From Podarcis erhardii (Eukaryota), in the NCBI GenBank assembly GCA_964252035.1, contig OZ176211.1: 64,000 nt of DNA. One strand, 5' to 3'. The notes below the pieces were generated by a model. The model did no database searches. It was not told the origin of the DNA and saw only the letters and a program-made list of their open reading frames with translations. Position numbers and translations under genes: made by a program. How positions within the stretch are numbered: position 1 is the first letter of the stretch; every line of letters begins with the position of its first letter. Positions 11,501-20,370 of this stretch are shown one piece after another.

Positions 11501-13253
11501 ATAGAAGCCGAGGCTGACTCTACAGTTGGACGTCAGTTTATCCTCAAGGCAGACGAAGGACTTGGATGGCTCCTGGATTCTGATAAGACTGTGACAACAA
11601 CTGGTAAGGTCCTTTTAGAGAGCCAGTGTGGTGTAATGGTTAGAGAGATGGACTAAGACCTGGAAGAGCAGGGTTCGAATCCCCAACCAGCCTTTAAGCT
11701 CACTGGGTGACCTTGGGCCACAGTCACTCACCGTCTCTTAGTCTAGTTGTGAAGATGAAATGGGAAGGAGAAGCATGCACACTACCTTGATATCCTTGGA
11801 AGATAAAAGTGGAATATAAATGTAATAAAATAAATAGATGGCTCAATATAAGAGAATCCATAGATTCCCCCCCCCCCCAAGGCTCTTGCCTCTCAGTAAC
11901 TGTAGTCATGTCTTCTGCTCCACCTTTTGCAATTTTGCTCTAAGAAATCTGCTCCTATAATTACTACAGCTATGGTGATTTTCTTTCCTAAACCCATATA
12001 CTGGGATCATGGGAAGTGTTAGGGAGGGTGTCTACCCAAGTAAATTCTGAGGCCAGAATGGGATAGAAAAATGGGACCTGAAACAAAATGTTGCAGTGTA
12101 TATAATGCTGCTATTTAGGATTCAAAAACCACCAGTCAGTCAACTCCAGAGCAAAAACAATCCTCATTTGACTGTTTTTTTGGAGGGAATCCCTCTAAAG
12201 TTTGTGGGTGGGTGGTGCTGTTTAGGCTACATAAGGTCTGGCACTCACAGATTGGAAAGACAGTCGTACCTTGGATCCCGAACGCCTTGCGAGTCAAACG
12301 GTTTGGCTCCCGAGACCCGCAATCCCGGAAGTGGGCGTTCCAGTTTATGAATGTTCTTTAGAACCCGAACGTCCAACGTAGCTTCTGATTGGCTGCAGGA
12401 GCTTCCTGCAGCCAATCGGAAGCCGCACCTTGGTTTCCAAACATTTTGGAAATCGAACGGATTTGCAGAATGGATTCCATTCAAGTTCCAAGGTACCACG
12501 GTAGAGAGGTGAAGATCAGAATTATAATGAATGGCTAATTGTAGCTAACGCAGAACAAATCATGAATGGCTAATTGTAGCTAATGCAGAACAAATCAAGC
12601 AGTTAAAAGCAACAGGAATTGTAACTTCCTTCCTTCCTTCCTCCTCCTTTTTAAAGCCCTGTAAGACTTTTTAAAAAGCAAAATGGTGGCTTTGCCTCTG
12701 AGCCTCCAAGGTTGCTGTTCTTGACAAACTCTTTGACAAGCCAATGCCTTAACGCTCCTATTCCCTTGACTGTAGATGATGCACCACACACCAAATCTGA
12801 AAATGTTGTTGAGGCCAAGCTAACCTCTGCTACAGATGAAAGCTTGCGTGAACTGGCACCCCCTGTGGAGATAACAAAGTTGTCCCTGCAAGGTAATGGA
12901 CATAAATGAATGCATGGCACCAGTGGCGTAGCATGGGGGGTGCAGGGGGGGCCGGCCGCACCGGGCGCAACATCTGGGGGTTAGGGAAATCCACGAGTTA
13001 GGGGGCGCAAATCCACGGGTTAGGGGGCGCAAATTACTTGCCTTGCCCGGGTGCTGATAACCCACGCTACGCCACTGCATGGCACCGTTTTCTAAAGGGG
13101 TTCGGTAGCAAACCATGGGAGAGGGAGCTCTTGGTTTTAATACTTCTTAAACTCTTTTTAGGCACTGCATCACAGAAGGGGACTGTCCTGGAACGAATCC
13201 AAACCACAGCAGCTGCAGTCATGGTGCTTATCCTATTGAGCTGTATATTCTAG
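5161..13253 (+). CDS. ZP3: ZP3-type zona pellucida glycoprotein (ZP3/ZPC paralog), 11 coding exons, about 529 aa
   Basis: Exons 5161-5541, 7103-7221, 7300-7403, 7579-7759, 8282-8402, 8685-8776, 8852-8994, 9953-10075, 11487-11603, 12776-12892 and 13162-13253 are all GT-AG and join in frame (1590 nt including stop). Features: signal peptide, 4 ZP-N Cys, IHP FSLRLM, DFHGCLVDG and the ZP3-specific cluster [10 protein letters not shown]. Which paralog this is (ZP3 or ZP3-like) is not resolved. Confidence 0.9.
5581..5659. repeat. (TA)n/(TG)n microsatellite; (GT)n also at 5881-5902
   Basis: Read directly; the two arrays flank the MITE at 5662-5881. Confidence 0.95.
5662..5881. mobile_element. Tigger/pogo-like MITE family A; copies at about 2412-2629, 6817-7042, 15006-15231 (inverted) and 26847-29048 (split by L1)
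   Basis: TIR CAGTGGTACCTC...GAGGTACCACTG, TA TSD, about 225 bp, shared internal ctgaagcaaagttcttaacc. Confidence 0.9.
6817..7042. mobile_element. Tigger-like MITE family A
   Basis: TIRs and TA at 6815-6816 and 7043-7044. Confidence 0.9.
7103..7221 (+). CDS. ZP3: ZP3-like exon 2
   Basis: ttcttccag|[16 protein letters not shown]...[10 protein letters not shown]|gtgagc; 119 nt. Confidence 0.92.
7300..7403 (+). CDS. ZP3: ZP3-like exon 3 (linker and IHP)
   Basis: [34 protein letters not shown]|gtaagg; 104 nt. Confidence 0.9.
7579..7759 (+). CDS. ZP3: ZP3-like exon 4
   Basis: DWSAERES...[10 protein letters not shown]...ILDFHG|gtaaga. Confidence 0.92.
8282..8402 (+). CDS. ZP3: ZP3-like exon 5
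   Basis: [40 protein letters not shown]|gtgaga. Confidence 0.92.
8685..8776 (+). CDS. ZP3: ZP3-like exon 6
   Basis: [30 protein letters not shown]|gtaagt; 92 nt. Confidence 0.92.
8852..8994 (+). CDS. ZP3: ZP3-like exon 7 (Cys cluster, degenerate furin site)
   Basis: [47 protein letters not shown]|gtatgc. Confidence 0.9.
9136..9217. repeat. Short hairpin repeat
   Basis: 32-nt arms cttcccccaaagcatcccaagaactacagttt and aaactccagttcccaggattctgtgggggaag. Confidence 0.7.
9227..9573 (+). mobile_element. L2-clade 3' fragment with internal deletions (ZP3 intron 7)
   Basis: LKDVHWLPV...FKALNSLG; same tail as the 3048 copy. Confidence 0.85.
9953..10075 (+). CDS. ZP3: ZP3-like exon 8 (canonical EHP)
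   Basis: gttcgcttctag|[41 protein letters not shown]|gtaaaa; phase 1-1; not in the ORF track. Confidence 0.82.
10822..11403 (+). mobile_element. L2-clade ORF2 fragment, frameshifted and 3'-truncated (ZP3 intron 8)
   Basis: [12 protein letters not shown]...; [19 protein letters not shown]...[10 protein letters not shown]...HWLPV. Confidence 0.9.
11487..11603 (+). CDS. ZP3: ZP3-like exon 9 (second EHP-like exon)
   Basis: cctttcttaaag|[39 protein letters not shown]|gtaagg; phase 1-1; 117 nt. Confidence 0.7.
11618..11837 (+). mobile_element. MIR-like CORE SINE, starting 14 nt after the ZP3 exon 9 donor
   Basis: A-box gtgtggtgtaatggtt, B-box ggttcgaatcc, core gtgaccttgggc, aataaa tail. Confidence 0.75.
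12261..12501. mobile_element. Tigger-like MITE with internal palindrome
   Basis: CAGTCGTACCTTGG...CCAAGGTACCACGG; internal CTTCTGATTGGCTGCAGGA-GCT-TCCTGCAGCCAATCGGAAG. Confidence 0.8.
12527..12596. repeat. 35-bp tandem duplication
   Basis: ATGAATGGCTAATTGTAGCTAA(C/T)GCAGAACAAATC x2, one mismatch. Confidence 0.95.
12776..12892 (+). CDS. ZP3: ZP3-like exon 10 (stalk)
   Basis: cccttgactgtag|[39 protein letters not shown]|gtaatg; phase 1-1; 117 nt. Confidence 0.62.
12921..13077. mobile_element. hAT MITE in the last ZP3 intron
   Basis: Perfect 12-bp TIR CAGTGGCGTAGC; perfect 8-bp TSD CATGGCAC at 12913-12920 and 13078-13085. Confidence 0.92.
13162..13253 (+). CDS. ZP3: ZP3-like terminal exon (hydrophobic C-terminus)
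   Basis: ctctttttag|[30 protein letters not shown]; phase 1 matches upstream exons. Confidence 0.65.
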
Positions 13254-13429
13254 ATACGTAGATAAATCCATTTGCTTGTATATTGAAAATGGAGGGGTTT
13301 TTTTCTTGCAGCCTGAAACTGTAAAGCCGGCAAGAATTGTTTATGTAATGTCTGCTGCACAAGCAAAGCTTGAGGCCAGGTGGTTCATCCTCTGCAAGGG
13401 CTTACGCAAAATGGAAAACTGAAATGAAA

Positions 13430-13435
13430 AATAAA
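13430..13435 (+). terminator. Candidate polyadenylation signal of the ZP3-like gene
   Basis: AATAAA 177 nt after the stop, followed by GT-rich tgtggtattcactgttgttttc. Confidence 0.6.
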
Positions 13436-15005
13436 AGGCATGTGGTATTCACTGTTGTTTTCAATCGGCAAGTGATGCATAACAATATGCAATAGATGTT
13501 GTTGTTTTCCCTCCATTTACATTGAGGTCTCCTTTGAATTGGATAGTGCAGAATAATAGTCGTCTACATTAGTTGCTTTACTCACAAAAGCTAAATAGCT
13601 ATGATTTTATGTAAAATCTCATCACAGTGAGACTAATAACACAGCTTTTGTTGGAAGCCGAACTGCAGCAGAACAGCTGCGCAGCATGCAACTAATACAG
13701 GGGGAAATGGAAATCAACGCCTTCAGTCGTAACACTCCATTGGCAGAGAAATTCTGCCTTCCATTAGAAAACTGCCCTCTCAAATCTTCTTACAGAAGTT
13801 AAAAAGTCCTGTCGTAGAAGAACCTCAAATTATTGAGGTTCTTTTAAAAAATGGCTCAGTGGTGCTAACAGCTGAAATGCATAGCCTCAAGCCTATATAG
13901 TAAAACAAAACAGACAATCTGAGAAGGTAAAGTATAATTTTCTGCTGTAACTTGCAATTTAAAACTGGTATTACTCGGGTTTGAGTTACCTTAAGGGCTT
14001 GGTTAGCGATACAAATTCAACAAATGAAGATGTTTAAAGGCATATTTTCTCACATTTTCGCCAGGGAGGGTGGCTAGCAAGTGGCCATGTGTTCCCCTTT
14101 GCAGAGAACAGTTCTTGGTTTCCAACGTCTGCAGAGGGCAGTCCTCTATTTGAAATACTGGACACTGTGTACTTGATATGCTAAATATATTGTGCATTGG
14201 CCAAATGTGACATGCAATGATAGCAGGAACATCTGTAAACTAGATTGGAACATCTATCATCTGATCCTAGTTGTTGAGTCGGGGTGTATGTGTGTTTCTA
14301 ATCTCCATCTTGCTCCTAATTAGCAGGGATTCTTTGCAGTACTCATGTTTTTAAGTGGAAATATTGTGTTTTATGCCTCAAGACTAGGAGTACTACCCTA
14401 CCTTTGGCGAAAAAGCATACCAGCTTTTCAATTATCAGGGGAAGTCATGTGCTTGGCACAACCTTGTTTAACAGCTATTTAACAGGCTGCTGTGTGTCAA
14501 AGGAAGCAGAGCTAAAATCATTTCATTTGAACTTAGACCTTTGGCAAGCTCTGTTTAGTTTGTTTAGTGTCTAACCAGAAGAGCTGGTATTTTGCCATTT
14601 GTATGCCAGCAGCTGAAGTCAAGAGCTTTTGGTCTTTGTCTGCTGAGTCATCATTCGGAGTCCCTGTAACATCTTGCTTTCATAGCAGTTTGCTGCTGTT
14701 GGTTTAAAGCTAACAATGATTGCATGGGGGGGGGGGGGCTACAGTGACAGCTCAGAGCTCGACTTTAAAACCTCCCTCTTCAGCCTGACCAGAAAAAGAG
14801 AAATATTTTTAAAGACCCTGTTTATTATTCAAAAGAAAGCACCTGCTGAAATAGTCCCCAGAACAGTATAGCTGTAGAATACAAGCAAAGTTCCATTCAG
14901 TTTTCTTATCTCTTTTGTAGAGGTAAGATGTTAATGGCCTGTTTTAAAATTTCAGTTATTTGACCAAGCCCTTGTAGGCCTTTAACCATTTATGCTAGGT
15001 AAATA

Positions 15006-15231
15006 CAGTGGTACATCAGGTTACATATGCTTCAGGTTACAGACTCCGCTAACCCAGAAATATTACCTCGGGTTAAGAACTTTGCTTCAGGATGAGAACA
15101 GAAATCGTGCTCCGGCAGCCCAGCGGCAGCAGGAGGCCCCATTAGCTAAAGTGGTGCTTCAGGATAAGAACAGTTTCATGTTAAGAGCAGACCTCCGGAA
15201 CGAATTAAGTACTTAACCCAAGGTACCACTG
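15006..15231. mobile_element. Tigger-like MITE family A, opposite orientation
   Basis: TIRs and TA TSD. Confidence 0.9.
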
Positions 15232-15783
15232 TAATTCCCCCCCCCAAAAAAAACCCACACACACAAGTACTATAGGTCAACTTCTAAAAGTCTATTTAAT
15301 ATTTGAGAAGACTGATAGGTATTGTCAGTCTTCTTCCTGTTATCCTGAAAGCTTCAAACAGCTGAGGCCTATCCACTCCATATAAATATACTGATGACTC
15401 GCTAATATAGTGACAAATCTTATTGTTGCTTGAAGAAACAGTATACTGCTGCCAGCATTTTATCCCTGCTTCCTTCCTGTTTCTTGTTGTACCAGATACT
15501 ACTTCTACATTTATGCTTCATTTGGGGGCAAGGCTATGTTTACAGCAACCATGCTGAACTCAGGCACCGTAAACAATCATTTTGCAGTATCTAAGTCCAT
15601 GTAGATCAGCAATGTTTGCTTTCTTCATCCTTGAGACGTACACACGCCCTCACTCTGAACAGGCACCCAGTTGCCCTCCCTCTCACCTTCCCAGCGGCTA
15701 GTCTTATCTCCTGCTTCCCTTCCACTGCGTGCTTCCTTTTCTATCCCTTTGATCACTGCTTTTATCATACAATTTAAAAAGTC

Positions 15784-16079
15784 TGAAATATACTCGGAGT
15801 TGAGTGTGGATTTCATGCTCTTTATTCAGCTCAGAGTAGTGAGGAATGGAAGTTCCCCCGAAATGTCTGCTTTATATACATTATTTACACAATGGGCCCC
15901 ACGTGATTGGCTAATTCTGGGATTCTCCTGTAGGCCAATCAGGTTGCGGATTCACTTCCAACTGGAGTTGGATTGGGTGGCTCCTGCGGACCAATCAGAC
16001 TGCTGCATTCTGAATCCTATTGTTCTAGGACTAATCAGACTGCTGCATTCTGGATCCTATTCAACTCAGTCCATAACCC
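15784..16079 (-). mobile_element. Solo LTR-like element
   Basis: On the minus strand: several CCAAT boxes and a ~40-nt tandem duplication, then TATATAAA (15871-15878), AATAAA (15821-15826) and a CA end. Flanked by AGTC at 15780-15783 and 16080-16083. The other terminus is degenerate. Confidence 0.65.
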
Positions 16080-16398
16080 AGTCCTTTCTGTAGATGGCGG
16101 AAGGACAAACGCCATCCTGTGAAAATTTTATCCATATACTGACAATGGCATATCAACCCCTTCCAAAGGTTTACATTGGTTTTGTAGGACTTATTCTGAA
16201 GGGCAGAAATGGGGAGCCAGTGGTGTTAGACTCCAACTGCTATCATCCCTGTCCACTGGCCATGCTGGGGATGATGGGAATTGGAGCTCAATAACATCTG
16301 GAGGGTCATGGATTTCCCATTCTACCCTAGGGTGTCAGAGGATGTCTGACATTCACAAGAGCTTTCCCAGACAGCAACCTTTTTTCCAACAATGGCAT

Positions 16399-16530
16399 GG
16401 AGATTAGCTCAGTCGGTAAAGCATGAGACTCTCAATCTCAGAGTTGTGAGTTTGAGCCCCTCATCGGGCAAGAGGAATCCTGCATTGAAAGGGGCTGACC
16501 CTTGAGGTCCCTTGCAATTCTGTGATTCTA
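16399..16530 (+). mobile_element. tRNA-Lys-derived SINE with CR1-like 3' tail; minus copy at 44777-44913; tail-only copies near 879-925, 19327-19397, 59040-59095 and 60615-60680
   Basis: Head TAGCTCAGTCGGTAAAGCATGAGACTCTCAATCTCAG resembles tRNA-Lys(CTT); tail cctgcattg...gtccctt...tgtgattcta. Confidence 0.8.
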
Positions 16531-18138
16531 AGTAAAGTGAGGGGCAAGTATGCAAACAGTAACTATGGTGCCAGAAGAAGAGCAGTCCTAAACACCTGAT
16601 CCTAGTGAACAATTCTTACTTTTTTTTAATAGTGAATGAATTGTCTACAACATGATTCAAAGATGTGGGTAATTCTATTTTTCCTTGTTCAAAATTGCAA
16701 TAGCGGTTCTGGAAACTATAAATGACTCTACTCCCTTTTCATCACAACAAATCCAGTAAAAAAAACCCAAACATGATTCAAATGACTATCGGAAGAAAAT
16801 AAAACAGAGCTTTCCAAAGGTTTCATGTTGGTGACACGCTTTTTAGACATGCATCATTTCATGACACAGTAATTCAGTTTTACTGTACTAGCAAACCGCA
16901 GGTTAAACCCAACCCCTTTCCAGCCCTGGGAGAAGCACAGGGAGTGTTTGTATGACACACCTACACACTGCAGCTGACACACTAAAGTGTTTGGAAAGCT
17001 CTGAAATAAAAGGAAAAAACGGTTAAGCTAGTCGTTGCATTCTGCATTTCTGCTACCAACCAAGAGATCAGGTGTGAAATGTCATAACAATACACAAAGG
17101 TCAGCTATTAATCCCGTATCAAGGCTAGAGAGTGTGTAGTTGGTGGTTTTCAGTTTTTTCCTGCTTGCATCCAGAAAAGTAACATGCGTGTCCAGGGTGA
17201 CTGGATGTTACTGTGAGAGAGTCTCAACGTGCAACATGCTACACCACCTGTTTTCAAGGGCAATGGAGTTCATGCGGAAAACTGTGTTTGTATAGCAGTA
17301 AAAGTAATTGATACAGGATGCTGAACTGATCCTCAAGTTGGGCTGAGAAATGCAAGCTTCTTCTGACAGCACCAACGCTACCCGTCCTTCCTTCCCAACA
17401 GCATCAAAGGTAAATGGAACATTCTCTGGGTTCGAATTACAAGAGCTAGAAGATGAGACCAGTTTTTTAGATGAGGAAATGGGAAAGGCAAAAATGCAGG
17501 CAGGACTCTTCAACTGACACCGCTGGCATGGATGGCTAAAGCATAAAATGCTCAGGACGTTTTCCCCCGTTGGGGACAGCCTTCCACAGATGGGGAGAGA
17601 TGTATCTGGATTTTAAAATGGGATTAGACAAATTCATGGAGGATAATACTACTAGTGGTTACTAAATCATGATCAGTACTATTTTTCTAGAAAAATAGGC
17701 GCCGGGACTCACCATGAATGCCTCTCTTGTTCTCTTATGACGACAATGGCACCCACCTGAGAGGTGCTGGAACTCAGTTCCAGTGAGTTCCAGCTGGAAA
17801 AAAAAGACCTAGGTAGCTAAATGCTAGATCCAGGAGCAGAGACAACATTGCCCCTGCCATTCACATTTACCGGTCAGTTTATGGAGAATTACATGTCATA
17901 TCTTCCTAGAATGAGAGCTAATGAGTGCCTATGAGTAACAATTTCAAAGGAAGGAGCTACGTGGCAGTGAAGCATTACTGCCCTACGAGCATTCAAGTTT
18001 TTAGGAAGAACTCTCAAAAACAGGCAGTAAAAAAAGAGAGGCAAAGCTGTTCAGTTGTAGGTTTGGGACTGTGCTGGCCTCCCTATCCTTTCCTGAGCCA
18101 CCCTTTGGAGTGGTAGGGATGTCCTACTGGACAAACTA

Positions 18139-18630
18139 CCGTATTTTTTGCCCCATAGGACACACTGACCCATAGGACGCACCAAGTTTTTTTGGGGGGA
18201 AATAAAGAAAAAAAATTATTTCCCCCCCCAGGCGCTTGTGGGGCCGACAGCGGGGAGAAGCGCTCTTCTCCCCGCCGCCCGCCTGCAGACCAGGTCCGGG
18301 GACAGTGGGAAGACGCGCTGCGCCTCCCCGCTGTCCCCGGAGCTTGCGGGGCTGGCGGCCGGGAGAAGCACGCGTCTCCCCGCCATCAGCCTCCAAACCA
18401 CATCGGGAGACAGCGGGATGGCGCCGTTCCGCCTCCCCGCTGTCCCCCGACCTTGTGGGACTGGCGCTGCGGCTCTCCTGAAGCCTGGAGGGCGAGAGGG
18501 GTCGGTGCGCACCGACCCCTCTCGCTCTCCAGGCTTCAGCGAAAGCCTGCATTCGCCCCATAGGACACACATGCATTTCCCCTTCATTTTTGGAGGGGAA
18601 AAAGTGCATCCTATAGGGCAAAAAATACGG
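18139..18630. mobile_element. Tc1/mariner-type MITE with GC-rich internal repeats
   Basis: 22-bp TIR CCGTATTTTTTGCCC(C/T)ATAGGA (21/22 match); TA TSD. Confidence 0.9.
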
Positions 18631-18650
18631 TACTTGATTCCCGATCACCT

Positions 18651-19150
18651 GAGCCAACATGGTGTAGTCATTAAGAGTGCTGGACCTGGGTGACCAGGTT
18701 TCAAATCCCACCCCCCCCACCCCACTTCAGCTATGAAGCTCACTGGCTGACCCTGGGCTAGTGAATCCCTCAGTCTAACCTACCTCACAGGGTTGTTGTG
18801 TGAAGAAAATGGGGAGACAGCACTAATTAATGGGTAGATCAGGGGTCAGCAACCTTTTTCAGCAGGGGGCCGTCCACTGTCCCTCATACCTTGTGGGGGG
18901 CCGACTATTTTTTTTTGGGGGGGGGAGATCGAATTCCTATGCCCCACAAATAACCCAGAGATGCATTTTAAATAAAAGAACACATTCTATTCATGTAAAA
19001 ACACACTGATTCCTGGACCATCCATGGGCCAGATTTAGAAGGCGATTGGGCCGTATCCAGCCCCCGGGCCTTAGTTTGCCTACCCATGTGGTAGATGAAC
19101 ACTGCCTTGAGCTCCTGGGATAAAAGGCAGGATATAAATGTAAATAAATG
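18651..19150 (+). mobile_element. MIR-like SINE interrupted by a hAT MITE
   Basis: Head and core at 18651-18830; tail resumes near 19097. Confidence 0.7.
18840..19088. mobile_element. hAT (Charlie-like) MITE
   Basis: CAGGGGT...CCCATG; 8-bp TSD GGGTAGAT/TGGTAGAT. Confidence 0.85.
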
Positions 19151-19397
19151 AGTACATGAATGAGCTCAGTCAACAGTATTAATATTTGGAGCAGGGGGGC
19201 ATCATTTACAAAACTGAGCCCATGAATATTGGCACGGAGTTTAACGCACAATCCAACAAAGATAAATAAATTCTTCCCCACCCCATGGGGCATAATCCCC
19301 CCCCCCTTTTTTTAAAAAAGCACTGGGCAAAACATTCCTGCATTGCAGGGAGTTGGACTAGATGACCCTTGTGACCTTTTCCAATTTTATGATTCTG

Positions 19398-19520
19398 CAA
19401 CATGTCTCTCCGGTATTAGGTCTCTATAGCCACAGCTAGCGCTGTAACTGCAACGGCTTGACGTCCCACCCTGAAATGTGCACTCTCCCATTGTCTCCTG
19501 AGACAGGCGGATGCCGACAA
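19398..19520 (+). mobile_element. RTE 3' end, same family as the 41.2-41.8 kb copy
   Basis: Shares catgtctctcc...gtctcta(t/c)agcc and attgtctcc...gatgcc(g/a)acaa. Confidence 0.65.
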
Positions 19521-19649
19521 ATGCATTTTGTGCTCCCACTTTGTATTTTCAATGTTGTGAACAGCCCTGCGATCTTTGGGTGAAGGGCTGTATACATCCT
19601 GTTCCCCCCAGGGCCCGTACCTTATTCCCCCAAAAGTGACCGGAAACGA

Positions 19650-19860
19650 AGCCTATAGACCTGAGAGAGACCTGCAGTGTTTATAAGAGTTTATATTTAA
19701 AGTAGATAATTAAGTGAGCAAACTAAATGAATTTAGATAATTAAATTTAAAAAAATTAATTTAAGAAGCCGCAGAAAGAGGAGGAAGTCAAACTTTGAAA
19801 TGTTAAAATGATTGTAAAATTAATGAAAAGTATAAATTTGAAGAGTATAAATAAAAACCT
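19650..19860 (+). mobile_element. Probable L1 3' UTR fragment just upstream of the DNAJC13 promoter
   Basis: AT-rich tail with gaggaagtc and AATAAA, organised like the other L1 3' ends; not aligned in detail. Confidence 0.4.
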
Positions 19861-19939
19861 TTATAAATATTATCCTGGGAATGGAGAGAGAGGGAACCTC
19901 CATTCCCAGGAGAAGTCTACCTCACCTCCCCCTCCCCGG

Positions 19940-20370
19940 CCAGAGCGTGGGGCGTTCCCTCCCTTCGCTCCGCCCCTCCCTCCAGCTGCGCTCTCTGCGC
20001 ATGCCCACTTCCCTCCGGCAATGGGAAGCGAGGTGAGGGGAAGGCGGCCGATTAACTGAGCGGGTCAGCTGAGCTCGTCGCGTGACCAGGCCGGGCAGGC
20101 GGCGGCGGCGGCGGCGGCCTGGGCCTGGACTGCGCGTGCGCGCGGAGGGTGGCTCCCCTGCCCGAGCGAAGATGGCGGCCTCCAGAGCTAGGCTCTGAGG
20201 GGAGGCGGCAGCGCTTCGGAGGGGTAGCGGCTGCAGCCCAGGGGGAGGAGGACGAGGAGAAGCCCTCTCGGCGGCAACGGAAGCAGCTGCGGGGGCTGCT
20301 GGCTCGCGGCGTCCCTTGTCAGTGCGAGGCTTTGGGGGCGCGGGACTGGACGGCGCCGCTTCCCGGCCAG
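19940..20370 (+). promoter_or_regulatory. DNAJC13: CpG-island promoter and non-coding exon 1 of DNAJC13
   Basis: GC/CpG-rich stretch with a GC box, NRF1-like TGCGCATGC (19996-20004) and YY1 motif AAGATGGCGGC (20169-20179). It ends in donor CAG|gtaaat at 20370/20371. Confidence 0.8.

Noticed and set aside
14280-14720. Possible conserved enhancer (repeat-free, homeobox-like motifs); similar stretch at about 23400-24900
   Set aside because: Impression only; cannot be supported without a multi-species alignment.
16399-16470. tRNA-Lys gene
   Set aside because: Broken acceptor stem, mutated B box and anticodon, and it runs straight into a CR1-type tail; it is a SINE head.
18136-18720. Five overlapping GC-rich ORFs on both strands
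   Set aside because: They are a by-product of the GC-rich interior of a TIR/TA-flanked MITE.
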